Position numbers and translations under genes: made by a program. Of a DNA stretch of 64,000 bases, positions 1 through 10,508 are shown in pieces. The notes beneath the pieces were generated by a model, which was not told the origin of the DNA, did not search any database, and saw only the letters and a list, made by a program, of their open reading frames with translations. Source of the DNA: a virus (taxonomy: Duplodnaviria > Caudoviricetes); the IMG/VR virus record IMGVR_UViG_3300013121_000027, positions 1 through 64,000 of that record. The stretch is one strand, 5' to 3'. The stretch's first letter is position 1. Each line of letters starts with the position of its first letter.

Positions 1-5
1 AAGTC

Positions 6-506
6 ATGAAGAAGATCATGGGTACTGGGTCACGCTCAATGGTGACTCATCCAGATGCCAAGATCATCTACGCCAATCTGGAAGCCAAGATTCTCCAGAT
101 AGCGGAAAAGGAAGAAGTCATGCTGATCACAGGCATGGCTGAGGGTTGGGATGAAGCGATTGCTAAGGTTGGAATGCGCAACAACATTCCATATGTCGCA
201 TACGTTCCCAATCAGGGGTACGGTCAGTATTACTGGGGCAAGAACAGTCTGCTCAAGGTCAACCGTATGCCGTTGTATCAGGATCTGTTGGCACATGCCA
301 TGCAGGTCATCTTCGTGTGTCAGACCATTTATGTGAATGGAGTTCATGCGAATTTCATCCGTAATCAGGCGATGGTTGATGCATGCGACATGGCTATGGT
401 CTACGACTCCAACTCATCAGGTACTCGGGATGCGGTTGCGAGATTGAAGATCGCCAACAAGCCATACCTCATTTATCCATTCAACCTGCAGGAGGCTTTA
501 TTCTAA
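6..506 (+). CDS. SLOG/YspA-like (DUF1273-type) nucleotide-binding protein
   Basis: GTGSR, ITGMAEGWD, RNQAMVD and SSGT motifs are typical of the SLOG superfamily. Confidence 0.75.
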   Translation: MKKIMGTGSRSMVTHPDAKIIYANLEAKILQIAEKEEVMLITGMAEGWDEAIAKVGMRNNIPYVAYVPNQGYGQYYWGKNSLLKVNRMPLYQDLLAHAMQVIFVCQTIYVNGVHANFIRNQAMVDACDMAMVYDSNSSGTRDAVARLKIANKPYLIYPFNLQEALF

Positions 507-774
507 ACAGCCGCTTCCAGGTTCTACCGTACTCTGAAAAAGATGGGATCGTTACCGTTATCTGTACTACGGAATGATTCACTGATAGATATGTGTACAG
601 GGTATCCAGAGAAGACCGACTCTGAGGTGGGATGCGTATACCAAATAACGCATATTGGCATTTGTGGGTATAGGAGTTTTGCGGATTTTCCGACACATTC
701 TAAACTCACAGATGCCTCAGGAGAGGAAAAAGAGGGGATTCATTCCGGATTCCCACCTGACATAAGGAGATGTC

Positions 775-1149
775 ATGAACGTCAAGGAACTCACCCAGAA
801 GGTCACCGATCCCGTGGTGCTCGCCACCGGCACCGTGGTCGAGGGTATCCAGACCCGCAAGCTCGCCCGTCGTGCCTTCAAGGCTGCCAAGGAGCAGATG
901 AAGGCGGAAATGATCGCGGCAGGAATGCCCATCGTGATCGCTCAGGACGAGCAGAAGCGCATCGAAGAGGAAGCTGCCAAGGCTGCCCGACTCGCGGAGA
1001 AGGAGAGCAGGGATGCTGCCAAGCAGGCTGCTGCCATGGTCGAGACCCAGACCACGCTCACCGAAGCCATCGCGGAGCTCAACGCCAACGTGGTGAAGCT
1101 CTTCCAGGAGAAGGCTGTCAACAACACCACCGGTCAGCCCACCAGCTGA
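775..1149 (+). CDS. Hypothetical coiled-coil protein with GC3-rich (host-like) codon usage
   Basis: AAGGAG RBS, strong C/G third positions, downstream hairpin. Confidence 0.8.
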   Translation: MNVKELTQKVTDPVVLATGTVVEGIQTRKLARRAFKAAKEQMKAEMIAAGMPIVIAQDEQKRIEEEAAKAARLAEKESRDAAKQAAAMVETQTTLTEAIAELNANVVKLFQEKAVNNTTGQPTS

Positions 1150-1164
1150 TCTCACTCATGATAT

Positions 1165-1210
1165 TTGGGGTAGGACTTGTGGGGGATTCCACAGGTTTCT
1201 ACCCCATTTA
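1165..1210 (+). terminator. Stem-loop / probable intrinsic terminator
   Basis: tggggtaggacttgtgg...ccacaggtttctacccca followed by tttt. Confidence 0.55.
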
Positions 1211-1320
1211 TCACTCTCCGTGACATTATCCCTATAAACGGGATTCTACCCCGGAGAAAAATGACACCACCACCCTGATGTGGGTACCAAATAACCACCC
1301 TGAGTGATCATGGACCCATC

Positions 1321-1440
1321 TGCCCGAGCGAAGCGAGGGCAATAACCCGAGCGGAAGCGAGGGTTAGTAGACTATATAGGCGAGCGCAGCGAGCCATTGT
1401 TTCACGTGAAACATAGCGAGCGAAGCGAGCGACTATATAG
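1321..1440. repeat. Four CGAG-C(G)GAA/GCA-GCGAG hairpin repeats (ssDNA hairpin, primosome-assembly-like)
   Basis: cccgagcgaagcgaggg, cccgagcggaagcgaggg, ggcgagcgcagcgagcc, gcgagcgaagcgagc; gactatatagg occurs twice. Confidence 0.75.
1398..1413. promoter_or_regulatory. parS: parS site (perfect consensus palindrome)
   Basis: TGTTTCACGTGAAACA is an exact match to the canonical bacterial parS. Confidence 0.8.
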
Positions 1441-1527
1441 GCTAAAAATCCCCGTCTGCGTAGCAGCTTCTTGCAAAAAGAGGGGATTTCCCGCTCATTA
1501 CAAACGTCTCAAAGGAGGGACTCAACC

Positions 1528-1962
1528 ATGCTGTCCATGGGACTCATCTTGGCTGTCATGTCAGTGGCAGTGGAGATGTTCTTCGTCATTCAGTACGATG
1601 GGATCAGGCGATTCATGCTTCGGCATGAGAAATTCGGTCTGATCTTCTCGTTCCTGTTGTCGTTCTTCATCGGTGAGGTCTTTGGCGCTCATGGCGTCAT
1701 TGCTCTGTTCGCAGGCATGACCTCTACCGTGATCACGGCTGTGATCTATCAATCGGACGCTCTCGTCCTGGTAGATCGCTATAGGGAGCGTAAAGGTGAG
1801 ATTTCCACAAAACTCCATTCTTCCTGGACCAAGTTCCAGAATGTGGTGAAGTTCTGGTGGAAGATCATCTGCTTCCCTTATACATGCTGGATTGCCATCA
1901 AGGCTTTCTTCCAGCGTGTATCCAACAGCTACGACAGAGCGAAGAGCTTCATCCACCGCTGA
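1528..1962 (+). CDS. Hypothetical membrane protein
   Basis: GGAGG RBS before ATG 1528; about three hydrophobic segments. Confidence 0.75.
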   Translation: MLSMGLILAVMSVAVEMFFVIQYDGIRRFMLRHEKFGLIFSFLLSFFIGEVFGAHGVIALFAGMTSTVITAVIYQSDALVLVDRYRERKGEISTKLHSSWTKFQNVVKFWWKIICFPYTCWIAIKAFFQRVSNSYDRAKSFIHR

Positions 1963-2093
1963 TCTACTGCCAAGCACAACACCTCGCTACTGCCTTGGGG
2001 AGCAATCCCCAGGGCTGGTAGCCTATTCCCTTTCATAGGGAAAAATTAATGGTGTTGTAATGAATCTCATGTTGCAAAAGTCTCAAGGGGGCG

Positions 2094-2131
2094 GCAGGTT
2101 AAAAATCCTGTACAGCAGGTTAAAAATCCTG
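2094..2131 (+). repeat. 17-bp direct repeat GCAGGTTAAAAATCCTG x2 (21-bp period)
   Basis: Copies at 2094-2110 and 2115-2131; partial third copy near 2159. Confidence 0.8.
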
Positions 2132-2414
2132 AACCATCCTTGATTCGTTGAGATGGGGGCAGGTTAACTTATGGCATTAATTGCCTTCGTTAGCCAACAT
2201 ACTTATTCCCTTATACATGGATATTTATGTACACTGTGCTATATGCATATGTGTATGTATTATCATTCATGTGTGTGGAAGCATTTATGGGGATATGTAT
2301 GTGGTGCGGAAATTTTCCGTTTCTAAACCACCCGGTCTCTCTAACAGAGGTTTCGGTAATGCGGGTCTAATATTCGTGTTCTAATTCACCTGTAAAAAAG
2401 AGGGGATCGTGGAT

Positions 2415-2810
2415 CTCACTTCTTGTACAGGTGCTACTGCGTGCACTGTGCGGGAAGTTTCTCTTCCTCCTTGATACCGTGCACTGGTTCTGGTTTGCTG
2501 CCTTGTTCTACTTGGCGCAACCTCACGTAGTAGCATCTGTAGAGGATGTGAGTACCGTCCTCTGTCCCCGTACTCGGGGTCACTAACTGTCCACTTTGTC
2601 CGGTGGATACCCGCGAAGCGTTGCCGAGCGGATATGGCGATAAGCGTGAAGCTCACCACGCGAAACGCGAGCATACCCTGAGCAAGTATGTGGACACCCT
2701 TCGCTGCTCCTATGGAGCCATTCAATGCACTGTCCCGGTGCAGCTGACCTACTGATAAGATGGCTCGCTTAGCCATTCGAAACAGTAAGACACCTTAAGC
2801 AAGTGTTGGG
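2415..2810 (+). ncRNA. Candidate structured ncRNA
   Basis: No plausible ORF; 18-bp stem 2426-2443/2524-2541 with G.U pairs, several further hairpins; follows an AAAAAGAGGGG motif. Confidence 0.55.
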
Positions 2811-2886
2811 AACTCATTCTCACGATGGAAAAGAGGGGCAATCATTCTTGAGTGCCTCTCAAACTATATCGGCTAAGGAGACTGGT

Positions 2887-3066
2887 ATGTCATGCGTTTA
2901 CGCCCTCTGTACCGATCACCAACACTCCTGTGATGCTGATTCGTACTACAACCCGCAACCTTGCTACACTTGTGAACAAGCAAGTGAATGTGAGGAGTGC
3001 ATTCGTCTCTCTAAGGAGGCTGAAGATGCAACAGCAGATGATGCGGAATTTCACATCCCGCAGTAA
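2887..3066 (+). CDS. Small Cys-rich hypothetical protein
   Basis: AAGGAG RBS; CxxC-type clusters. Confidence 0.55.
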   Translation: MSCVYALCTDHQHSCDADSYYNPQPCYTCEQASECEECIRLSKEAEDATADDAEFHIPQ

Positions 3067-3320
3067 CTCTCATCCCGTACTCGCTACAGGTAATCTCATT
3101 GAGGGTACCCTTGGCGTCTTTGCCGTAGGTATGGGGATTTATTCCCTATTCCTGTATGGCTTCGGTGCCTCCCTCATCCTGTCACTCTGCTATACAGCAG
3201 CTGTGACCGTCATCGCTTTGATGAGCGCCTACAACCTCATGTAGTAGGTGCTCTTCGGAGTGGAAAAAGAGGGGTAGATAACTCATCTGCCCCACGGTTC
3301 ATCAGACATAGGAGGTCATC

Positions 3321-3902
3321 ATGAACCTGTCCCCGTCCACCCTGGTCGCTGCGATCAACCTGGAAGAGATCCCGGAGTCGTCCGTCAAGGACATCCGTCT
3401 TCCCGGTGGCAGCGCCGATGCGCGCAACGTGATCACCGGCAAGCAGTGCCGGACCATCCTGCGCTTCTTGCAGGACACCTTCGTGCCGCGTGATCCCGCG
3501 GTCACCCTGGAGTCCGGTCTCACCGTGCTCCGCCAGCGTGCTGGCATCACGGGCGGGTCCTTCGACTTCGGTCTGGTGGAGTACATCTTCCACCAGCTCC
3601 GCGAGCTGACGAAGGACGAGGCGCTCACCGAGCAGCAGGAGAAGCTCGCTGCGACGTGCACCCAGGCGCTCTCGGGCGTCAAGGATCACTTCGACGCCAG
3701 CATCCAGGCGCGCATCAACGCCCAGGACCGCATGATCCGTAACAAGATCATGCTCCAGTTCCTCGGCGTGCGCACCCGTGGCGATCTCACCGTCGCCATG
3801 AACATGTTCACGAACGTGTTCGGTGCTCCGCAGCCCAAGGGTGTCCTCACCCTGGACGAGCTGACCGGGGAGACCAGCGGTCTCGTCATCGGTCAGTTCT
3901 GA
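3321..3902 (+). CDS. Hypothetical protein, GC3-rich
   Basis: AGGAGG RBS, host-like codon bias, downstream hairpin 3918-3975. Confidence 0.8.
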   Translation: MNLSPSTLVAAINLEEIPESSVKDIRLPGGSADARNVITGKQCRTILRFLQDTFVPRDPAVTLESGLTVLRQRAGITGGSFDFGLVEYIFHQLRELTKDEALTEQQEKLAATCTQALSGVKDHFDASIQARINAQDRMIRNKIMLQFLGVRTRGDLTVAMNMFTNVFGAPQPKGVLTLDELTGETSGLVIGQF

Positions 3903-4116
3903 TCCACTCGATGTGGTTCTTCGCTCCTGCCTCACTCTTGCCTTCATGACTTGAGTGAGGTGGGGGCGAAAACCCTGCTTTACCAGGTGAATTAGATTGG
4001 CGTCTTAAAGTGTCATAATATTGTAATATGTAATTCGCACTTACGATTTATACACTTTTTTATATATACTACTATATAACTACATTTTTGTAGTTTAGAT
4101 TTAAGGTAGGTATTTT

Positions 4117-4326
4117 GTGAATACAATGCAAACCTTTCAGTATCGACAGAAGCCTCTTACTGCTATGGATTTTGTTAAGTCCATGACAGTAGGATTTGTT
4201 GGCGGATTTTCCGCCACATTCTTGACAGTCCTTGGACTGGCTATCCTTGGCTGGTGGTCACTGCTTATCACTATCCCCATTGCTTTTGCCATTGGTTGGG
4301 GTATTGGAGTGTATGCAGTAAGTTAA
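4117..4326 (+). CDS. Small membrane protein
   Basis: Two hydrophobic helices. Confidence 0.55.
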   Translation: MNTMQTFQYRQKPLTAMDFVKSMTVGFVGGFSATFLTVLGLAILGWWSLLITIPIAFAIGWGIGVYAVS

Positions 4327-4578
4327 ATAAAGACTCCATAAATAGGTGGAAAAAGAGGGGGAGATATCTCATGTCGAATCCTGATTGTGTCGCACGTAAT
4401 TGTACTAATGAAGCTACTGAAATCATCGAAGATGATGTATGCTTCTGTGCACAGCATGCACTGGATTTTTATTGGTATAAAAACCATGAAAATTATCCAG
4501 TTGAAGTTGCTATATCAGTACTGTGTGACTGACACTCTATCATACGAATATTATCCGCTACTAAGGAAGGACTTAGTA

Positions 4579-4941
4579 ATGATCATCCAAGATCAAACTC
4601 CTGAAGAGTTTTCTTCTGAAGAACTTCATGAAATCGATCATGACATCTGGGTCGCTGAAGCAGCAGCACAGGAGGGATTTCCTATTGCTGGCTTCGTAGA
4701 AGATATCTATGAAGATGCCGTAGTTCTTCTCATCGGTCCCATGTTTCGCTTTGACTGGCTCAAGCGAAAGCTCAAGATGGGACGTGTTATTCATATCAGT
4801 AAGATTAGCTCTGGTGGTATTCGTAGCTTTATCCTTCTTACTGAAGATGGTACGCAAGTTTCTTGCGTTTACGGTGGTACGTATCCGTGTTATTTCGCTT
4901 TGCCGGAAAACACCGAGGACAAATTCCGCATTCAATCCTAA
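4579..4941 (+). CDS. Hypothetical protein
   Basis: AAGGA RBS before ATG 4579. Confidence 0.6.
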   Translation: MIIQDQTPEEFSSEELHEIDHDIWVAEAAAQEGFPIAGFVEDIYEDAVVLLIGPMFRFDWLKRKLKMGRVIHISKISSGGIRSFILLTEDGTQVSCVYGGTYPCYFALPENTEDKFRIQS

Positions 4942-4954
4942 TAAGGAAATTGAA

Positions 4955-5206
4955 ATGCCAGAAGTATCCCAATACACTCTTGACTCATTAAAAAAGTTGG
5001 AGCAACGCGATCAAGAAGACGCAGCGCGAGCGCAAGCGAGCGCTGCTCCCACTCTTGAGTCTCTTGCGAAAGAGATCGCAGAACTGAAGGACGAAGTTCA
5101 TATACTTCGCGCCATCATTGATATCCACAATCAAGTCAATGTAACACAGGCTCAAATCAATCAAGAAGTTATCAAAAAACTTCGATTGTTTGGCATCATT
5201 ATCTAA
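4955..5206 (+). CDS. Hypothetical coiled-coil protein
   Basis: AAGGA RBS before ATG 4955. Confidence 0.6.
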   Translation: MPEVSQYTLDSLKKLEQRDQEDAARAQASAAPTLESLAKEIAELKDEVHILRAIIDIHNQVNVTQAQINQEVIKKLRLFGIII

Positions 5207-6186
5207 CTCGATCAGACGAGTAAAAATAGGAGTTTAAGTCTGATGCGTCCCTACCTGAAATTAAGTCAAAGGGGTAGGGGGTACTCAAGTCCCTGTGAGC
5301 TAATCCGCGCTCGGCATGTAGTCTTTAAATATTTTTGTGATATCACTATTGGCGTAGAAGATTTCGGATTATCGCCAAACAATCGTATCTATGTAGATTC
5401 TATAATCATAGATACACCTTTCAAACAATTATTATCTTGCTCAAATTAACATATGCTAAAGTCCCATAAAGTTATATATTTATGGGCATTGGGTTGAGTT
5501 CTAAAAAGGTGCTATTGAGTTCGATTAGTTCTGCTCATAGAAATGGATCTTCCAGCCTTCTATGCTCCAAATGCTAAGTCTATTGGGAAATAAACTTTGC
5601 GTTTGCCCCTTCATCTTTTTGATAGTTTGTTACGGGAATGTAAAATACTATGGACTACTCTTGTGTTATATCTGCAATGCGACAAGATATACCATAATAC
5701 CATTGAATTATAGCAATGGAAAATTTACATTCCCTTAAGAGATTATCAAAAGGAGTAATTAAATGATTGCTGCTTCAACACAAACAGAAGATATTCGTGG
5801 AGGAATTCTCTTTGTAGTTGTATTTGGTTTAGGAATTGGCTTTCTTTGGCTGATTACCCGCAATGCAACTATTTATCCGCCTCAGAAAAAGAGGGGAAGG
5901 AAAACTTCCTAAAAATCGTATCTTAAGTACTTAATTAATATGTGGAAATCTTAAGAACGCCTTACTCAATAACCTGAGAGTAATGGGTTGCATAGTTGGG
6001 TAACGCTATGTGACAAGCAAGTAAAACACTTAAAAGTCCCAGTCATGAGGAGACGTCTTGCCGTCTGTTATACCCCCCGCATGACTGGGCACTGATCTCG
6101 TATGTACCTCCTATATCATTGTGTGTACAAAAGGGTTTTACGGCTTTCCTTTAAAAACCGTATTGATCTAATAAGGAGACAAATGG

Positions 6187-6381
6187 ATGGCTCGTACCGA
6201 TGGACTATCGAAAGTTCTTGAGGAAGCTTTCGAACGAGGTTGGGTGATAGCTCGTAATAAAAATCACCTAATCATTCGATTCCCTCAGAACAATCAATGT
6301 GTCTCAATTTCGAAAACGGCATCCGACTGGCGTGCAATTCGAAATATCGAAAAGCAAATTCAGCGTTCTGAATTAGCTTAA
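6187..6381 (+). CDS. HicA-like protein
   Basis: GW..RNKNH...TASDWRAIRN pattern of phage HicA-like proteins; AAGGAG RBS. Confidence 0.6.
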   Translation: MARTDGLSKVLEEAFERGWVIARNKNHLIIRFPQNNQCVSISKTASDWRAIRNIEKQIQRSELA

Positions 6382-6853
6382 AGATCAACTCTGAGTGCCT
6401 TACCTCGGTGGTCCCATAGTCCGAATATTGTGTAGCTTGATCTGTGCATAAAACACATGGATTTAGGATATAACCAAAGATAGCTTGCTATCCGCTACTA
6501 AAAAGCGATCCGATAAACGAAGATATTTGGGTAAACACTATGGCAACTTTGCTTAATAACAGATTGAAAAGTAATGCAAGTCCTATATCTATAAGCTCAC
6601 TGTTAAGCTCATGTAATGGTATAGATATAGGCAGTTTCTACTTCTGGATATTAATACGATATAAAAAGTTCAGTTCTTTCGTGAACGAACTACGTGAATA
6701 TCCGACCCTCATCCGGCTGGAGGGTAAATACAGCGTGGGCGTGCCTGCTTGACTCCTTCGGGGAATAACACGTAATACGTAAGGAGATTAGGTTGGTTGT
6801 GGGTGACTACCATAAAAGTGGAACCCTCAATTTTTTTTCATGAAAGGATAAAC

Positions 6854-7045
6854 ATGAGAGTTGTTTGTGAAAATTCAGATCAACCTGGACAACCATGGCA
6901 TTATCTTGCAGATAGCATTCCTGCTCTTCCAATTCGTACAGCTGCTCGTGCAATTGGACAATTGACCAATTCCGCAAAAGAATGTATTGCGGTTACCGTT
7001 CATTTTGATGATGGTACTTCTACTAAAGTGACAGCATATGTCTAA
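6854..7045 (+). CDS. Hypothetical protein
   Basis: AAGGA RBS; overlaps the next ORF. Confidence 0.55.
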   Translation: MRVVCENSDQPGQPWHYLADSIPALPIRTAARAIGQLTNSAKECIAVTVHFDDGTSTKVTAYV

Positions 7046-7235
7046 CTTTGAAGTTCAAGTTCGATCTGAAAAAACAGGTATTCGGACTTTTCCAACAATC
7101 AAAGAAGCTTTTGATTTTGCCGAAACAAATTTTGATGTTTGGAAAATCAGCTTCGATGCAGCCAATGGCGAACGAGTTCGTCTTGTTCGCTTTGGTGTTT
7201 CTGCCAACACATTTCTTTACGAACCAATCATGTAG
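7038..7235 (+). CDS. Hypothetical protein
   Basis: Overlaps the preceding gene; VWKISF pattern. Confidence 0.6.
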   Translation: MSNFEVQVRSEKTGIRTFPTIKEAFDFAETNFDVWKISFDAANGERVRLVRFGVSANTFLYEPIM

Positions 7236-7256
7236 CTAAGAAAGGAGCCATATCCC

Positions 7257-7730
7257 ATGAATGTATTCGATTACATTCGCGAATCATGCGTCATGCAAAA
7301 TGCAACTCAGCCAGAAGATTTCATCGGTATGGCTCGTGCATATGACGTTCTCTACTACAAGTATCATGCAGGACAAGCTCTTCCTACTTTGGGAATCTTG
7401 CCTGACTTGATCTGCAATATTCTTGCAGAGCCTCATTGGGTAGATTGGCGGCGTCAACCTGCCACATTTGCCAATGGTAGAGTTGCAACTTCTCCAGAAC
7501 AAATCGAACGTTGCATCAAGCAATTGATGATGGTTCTTGAGAACGGTATTCTTACCGATCCTAATGAATTCTACTTCGATTTCGAAGAAATTCATCCTTG
7601 GCATGATGGCAATGGTCGAGTGGGTTCCCTTTTGTGGAATCTCATGAACGGCACGATTGCCTCTCCCATTCATCCACCTCAGCATCCTTCATGGATTCTT
7701 CCAAAAAAGAAAGCTGAACTGATCTATTAG
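7257..7730 (+). CDS. Fic/Doc family protein
   Basis: IHPWHDGNGRVG matches the Fic motif HPFxDGNGR. Confidence 0.85.
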   Translation: MNVFDYIRESCVMQNATQPEDFIGMARAYDVLYYKYHAGQALPTLGILPDLICNILAEPHWVDWRRQPATFANGRVATSPEQIERCIKQLMMVLENGILTDPNEFYFDFEEIHPWHDGNGRVGSLLWNLMNGTIASPIHPPQHPSWILPKKKAELIY

Positions 7731-8701
7731 TATCCAGGTACGCCTCGCTTGTACGTAAATCGGATAAACCAACATTCCTGAAAAGGTGAGGTTTTCCGTC
7801 GCTACTGAAAAACGAGTAAAGCGCCACTGCCTCGATACTGGACGCAGGACAACAAGCGTATTGTTGTTAAGCCTGGTCATGCTTTTCAAAACTGACCATC
7901 TTAATATATATCGATAAGAGAGTATAGATAGTTGGAGGTAAGCCATTAAAAGCAAAAGATATCGTAAGTATCTGAGCTCTATCTATACTCTTCTATGGGT
8001 ATATATTAATAAAAGATTTTTGGCGAGCCTAAAGTAAATCATAAGCGCTTATGAAAGAAATAGGAACAACTCAAAATAAACTACGTTTTATATCTAATAG
8101 TGCGGCTCAGCGACCTTTAGCTAGATGAGTACTAAGCGTGAAAATGTTTATATTGCGAAAACCGATGTCGCGCCAAATTTAAATGTTCACGAGAAATGCG
8201 CGCCTCGCCGCATCATGAACGTGACCTATCAGTGGATATAGGTATTGCGGAATTAGTTAATTCTAATTTAAATGATTTGACGCAAATTCCACACTTCTTG
8301 AAGAAGATCTAATATATCTGAATAGGGGGATATAATGATTGCCGATACTAGCAATAATACTGCACTTGTTATTATGGGAGTTGCCAGCTTAGTTGCTTTG
8401 TGTTTCATTTTTTGGCTAGCAACTCGCCACTAAAAATATTTATCTTGGATCTCACGGTTGGAAAGCTTCCAGTATCTTGCGTACAAGCCCAGAGCAGCAA
8501 ACGTTTGAAGCGTTTGCCAGGCATGGTAAGTTATTAGGTTATAAGGGTTTGTTTAGTTGCGCTGTCTTTCAGACCCGCGGCTAAACAAAACGCCTAATAA
8601 TAATACAAGATAATAGCTTAGTCCTGGTAGGTTTACATGGTGAGTTGGATGAGCCACGCGCAGCCAAACTACCAGGCAATCTCGATTAAGAAAGGATATG
8701 T

Positions 8702-9166
8702 ATGGCTTTAGAAACTATTACATATAACGATCTTTTAAAAGAGCGTAATCGTTGTCAACAACTGAAGATGCCTAAAGCTGTTATAGATGCAACTAATGTT
8801 GTACTCTTACCAGCTTTTCTCTATGGCATTGAAGATCATGTTGATGTTGCGCAATTTCATAAATACCACAAATGGATGCGTTGGAAAGTCTTCAAGCAAA
8901 AAGGCTTTGCTTGCATTTATTGCGGTCTTATTGGTACACATGCTGTACTTTGGGAAGAAGAAAACTGGGTTGCAGATGTTATTCAAGGACACTGTGATTT
9001 AGTTCATATTGGTGAAGATGGAAAACGCATTCTTCTAACTTTAGATCATTTCGTACCCAGATCTAAAGGTGGTTCAAATCGTATTGAAAATCTTTACCCT
9101 GCATGTTATATTTGTAATCATGTCAAAAAAGATAAAATCTTAATTGATTTTTCTCTTCCGTCTTAA
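8702..9166 (+). CDS. HNH endonuclease
   Basis: CIYCG...LTLDHFVPRSKGGSNRIENLYPACYICNHVK. Confidence 0.85.
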   Translation: MALETITYNDLLKERNRCQQLKMPKAVIDATNVVLLPAFLYGIEDHVDVAQFHKYHKWMRWKVFKQKGFACIYCGLIGTHAVLWEEENWVADVIQGHCDLVHIGEDGKRILLTLDHFVPRSKGGSNRIENLYPACYICNHVKKDKILIDFSLPS

Positions 9167-9609
9167 AGAATTAAGATATTTCGGATTTATCAATTGTAAT
9201 TATCGGGAATATCTTGCTCTTAATATAAGCTCTGTGGTCAGTAAGATTCGTTCTACTGTTTATGTGTATTATTGAGAGTGGGTTTGATTTCCACCGATTA
9301 CCGCCAACATATCTTATATCTCATATATGGGGACAGCCTCGGATTCATCCCTGCAGGTAAGAGGTTGCTTGAGAGTAGTATGCCAATGAATCACAGGCTT
9401 ATATGGATAACTTAGTGATTATTCATATAAGTCAGCTGGACTAAGAAGAAGCCAGCCGGACATGGTGATAGTTAGGCATTGCAAAGCTTCACCCATATTT
9501 GATTTCTCCGCTGTGTGGCACGCTCAGCATTAAGGGGATACTGATAAGTCTGGGATTAGTTATCCCATAGACGAAACAGTATAGGATGTAGACTGCATCT
9601 GTGCAACTA

Positions 9610-10365
9610 TCACGTACCAACTAATGCATTAAAAGCAGTTCCGTAGTCTAATACTGTATAGTTTAGACTTCTCAGCTTCATATTCGCATCCGCTAAAGAT
9701 GTATCTGCTGCTACACTAATCTGTAGTTTTGGATACATTCTATATATATTTTCCGTGTTCGGAATATAAACCCATCCTGATCCTCCAAATGAAGTATATT
9801 TTGTTGAAAATATACTATCAAATGTACATGGATAAGTAGCTGCGTGATATGGTGTAACAACTGGAATTCGCGAAAATTCTAAATAGTCTTCATCTCCTGC
9901 ATCATAAAAATCTGTACTAATAAAACCATCTTCAGAAATGCTTGTTACATCTGCTGCAGCATGTGTTCCAGAGGTTGACACAAAAGCAGAAAAAGATATG
10001 TGGTATAGATGTCCCATAATGGGGACTAATGTTCTTGTAGTTGAATTATTCCAACTTGCTTCATCACTAAAAGTGTAACTTGCGTTTTCATATCTAATTA
10101 CCCAAGGACTAACGCTGTTTGTCCATAAAGCATTAGTTACCGGCAATGAATAAGTCGCTGTTAAATCACCACCACCAAGAACTTTATCCATATCAATTCC
10201 TGATGCACCAGTACCTAAAGAATACATTGTTACTAATGTAATTAATGAATCTATTGAAGTACCTATTGGCGTTGATGGTGTTGCGGATTCTAATCCATTA
10301 AGTAATAAATTTCCGCTATTGATTTCCCATAAATTATTTCTGGTTAAAGAATAGTTACCCGGCAT
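9610..10365 (-). CDS. Hypothetical protein (beta-rich, possibly virion-associated)
   Basis: 251-aa S/T/G-rich ORF with AAAGGA RBS and TACTATA upstream. Confidence 0.65.
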   Translation of the reverse strand: MPGNYSLTRNNLWEINSGNLLLNGLESATPSTPIGTSIDSLITLVTMYSLGTGASGIDMDKVLGGGDLTATYSLPVTNALWTNSVSPWVIRYENASYTFSDEASWNNSTTRTLVPIMGHLYHISFSAFVSTSGTHAAADVTSISEDGFISTDFYDAGDEDYLEFSRIPVVTPYHAATYPCTFDSIFSTKYTSFGGSGWVYIPNTENIYRMYPKLQISVAADTSLADANMKLRSLNYTVLDYGTAFNALVGT

Positions 10366-10508
10366 GTCATTGTCCTTTGATCGAAGAATTCCCTTTCTAT
10401 AGTACCTTGAAGAATTGATTTCTTTTAAAGAGGAAAAAGAGGGGAACCTAAATCTTCTTCCACCTGCCGGGGGAAGATCAGTTCACGATCTGATTAAAAA
10501 TCGCACTT

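Noticed and set aside
1321-2131. CRISPR array
   Set aside because: The repeats are few and short, lack regular 30-40 nt spacers, and there are no cas genes
9328-9495. tmRNA or RNase P RNA
   Set aside because: Only superficial resemblance; no matching tmRNA 3' T-arm/CCA and no GAGGAAAGUCC signature found
9539-9605. Canonical hammerhead ribozyme
   Set aside because: CUGAUAA breaks the C3-G8 pair and no convincing stem I or UH site is present; kept only as a repeated motif
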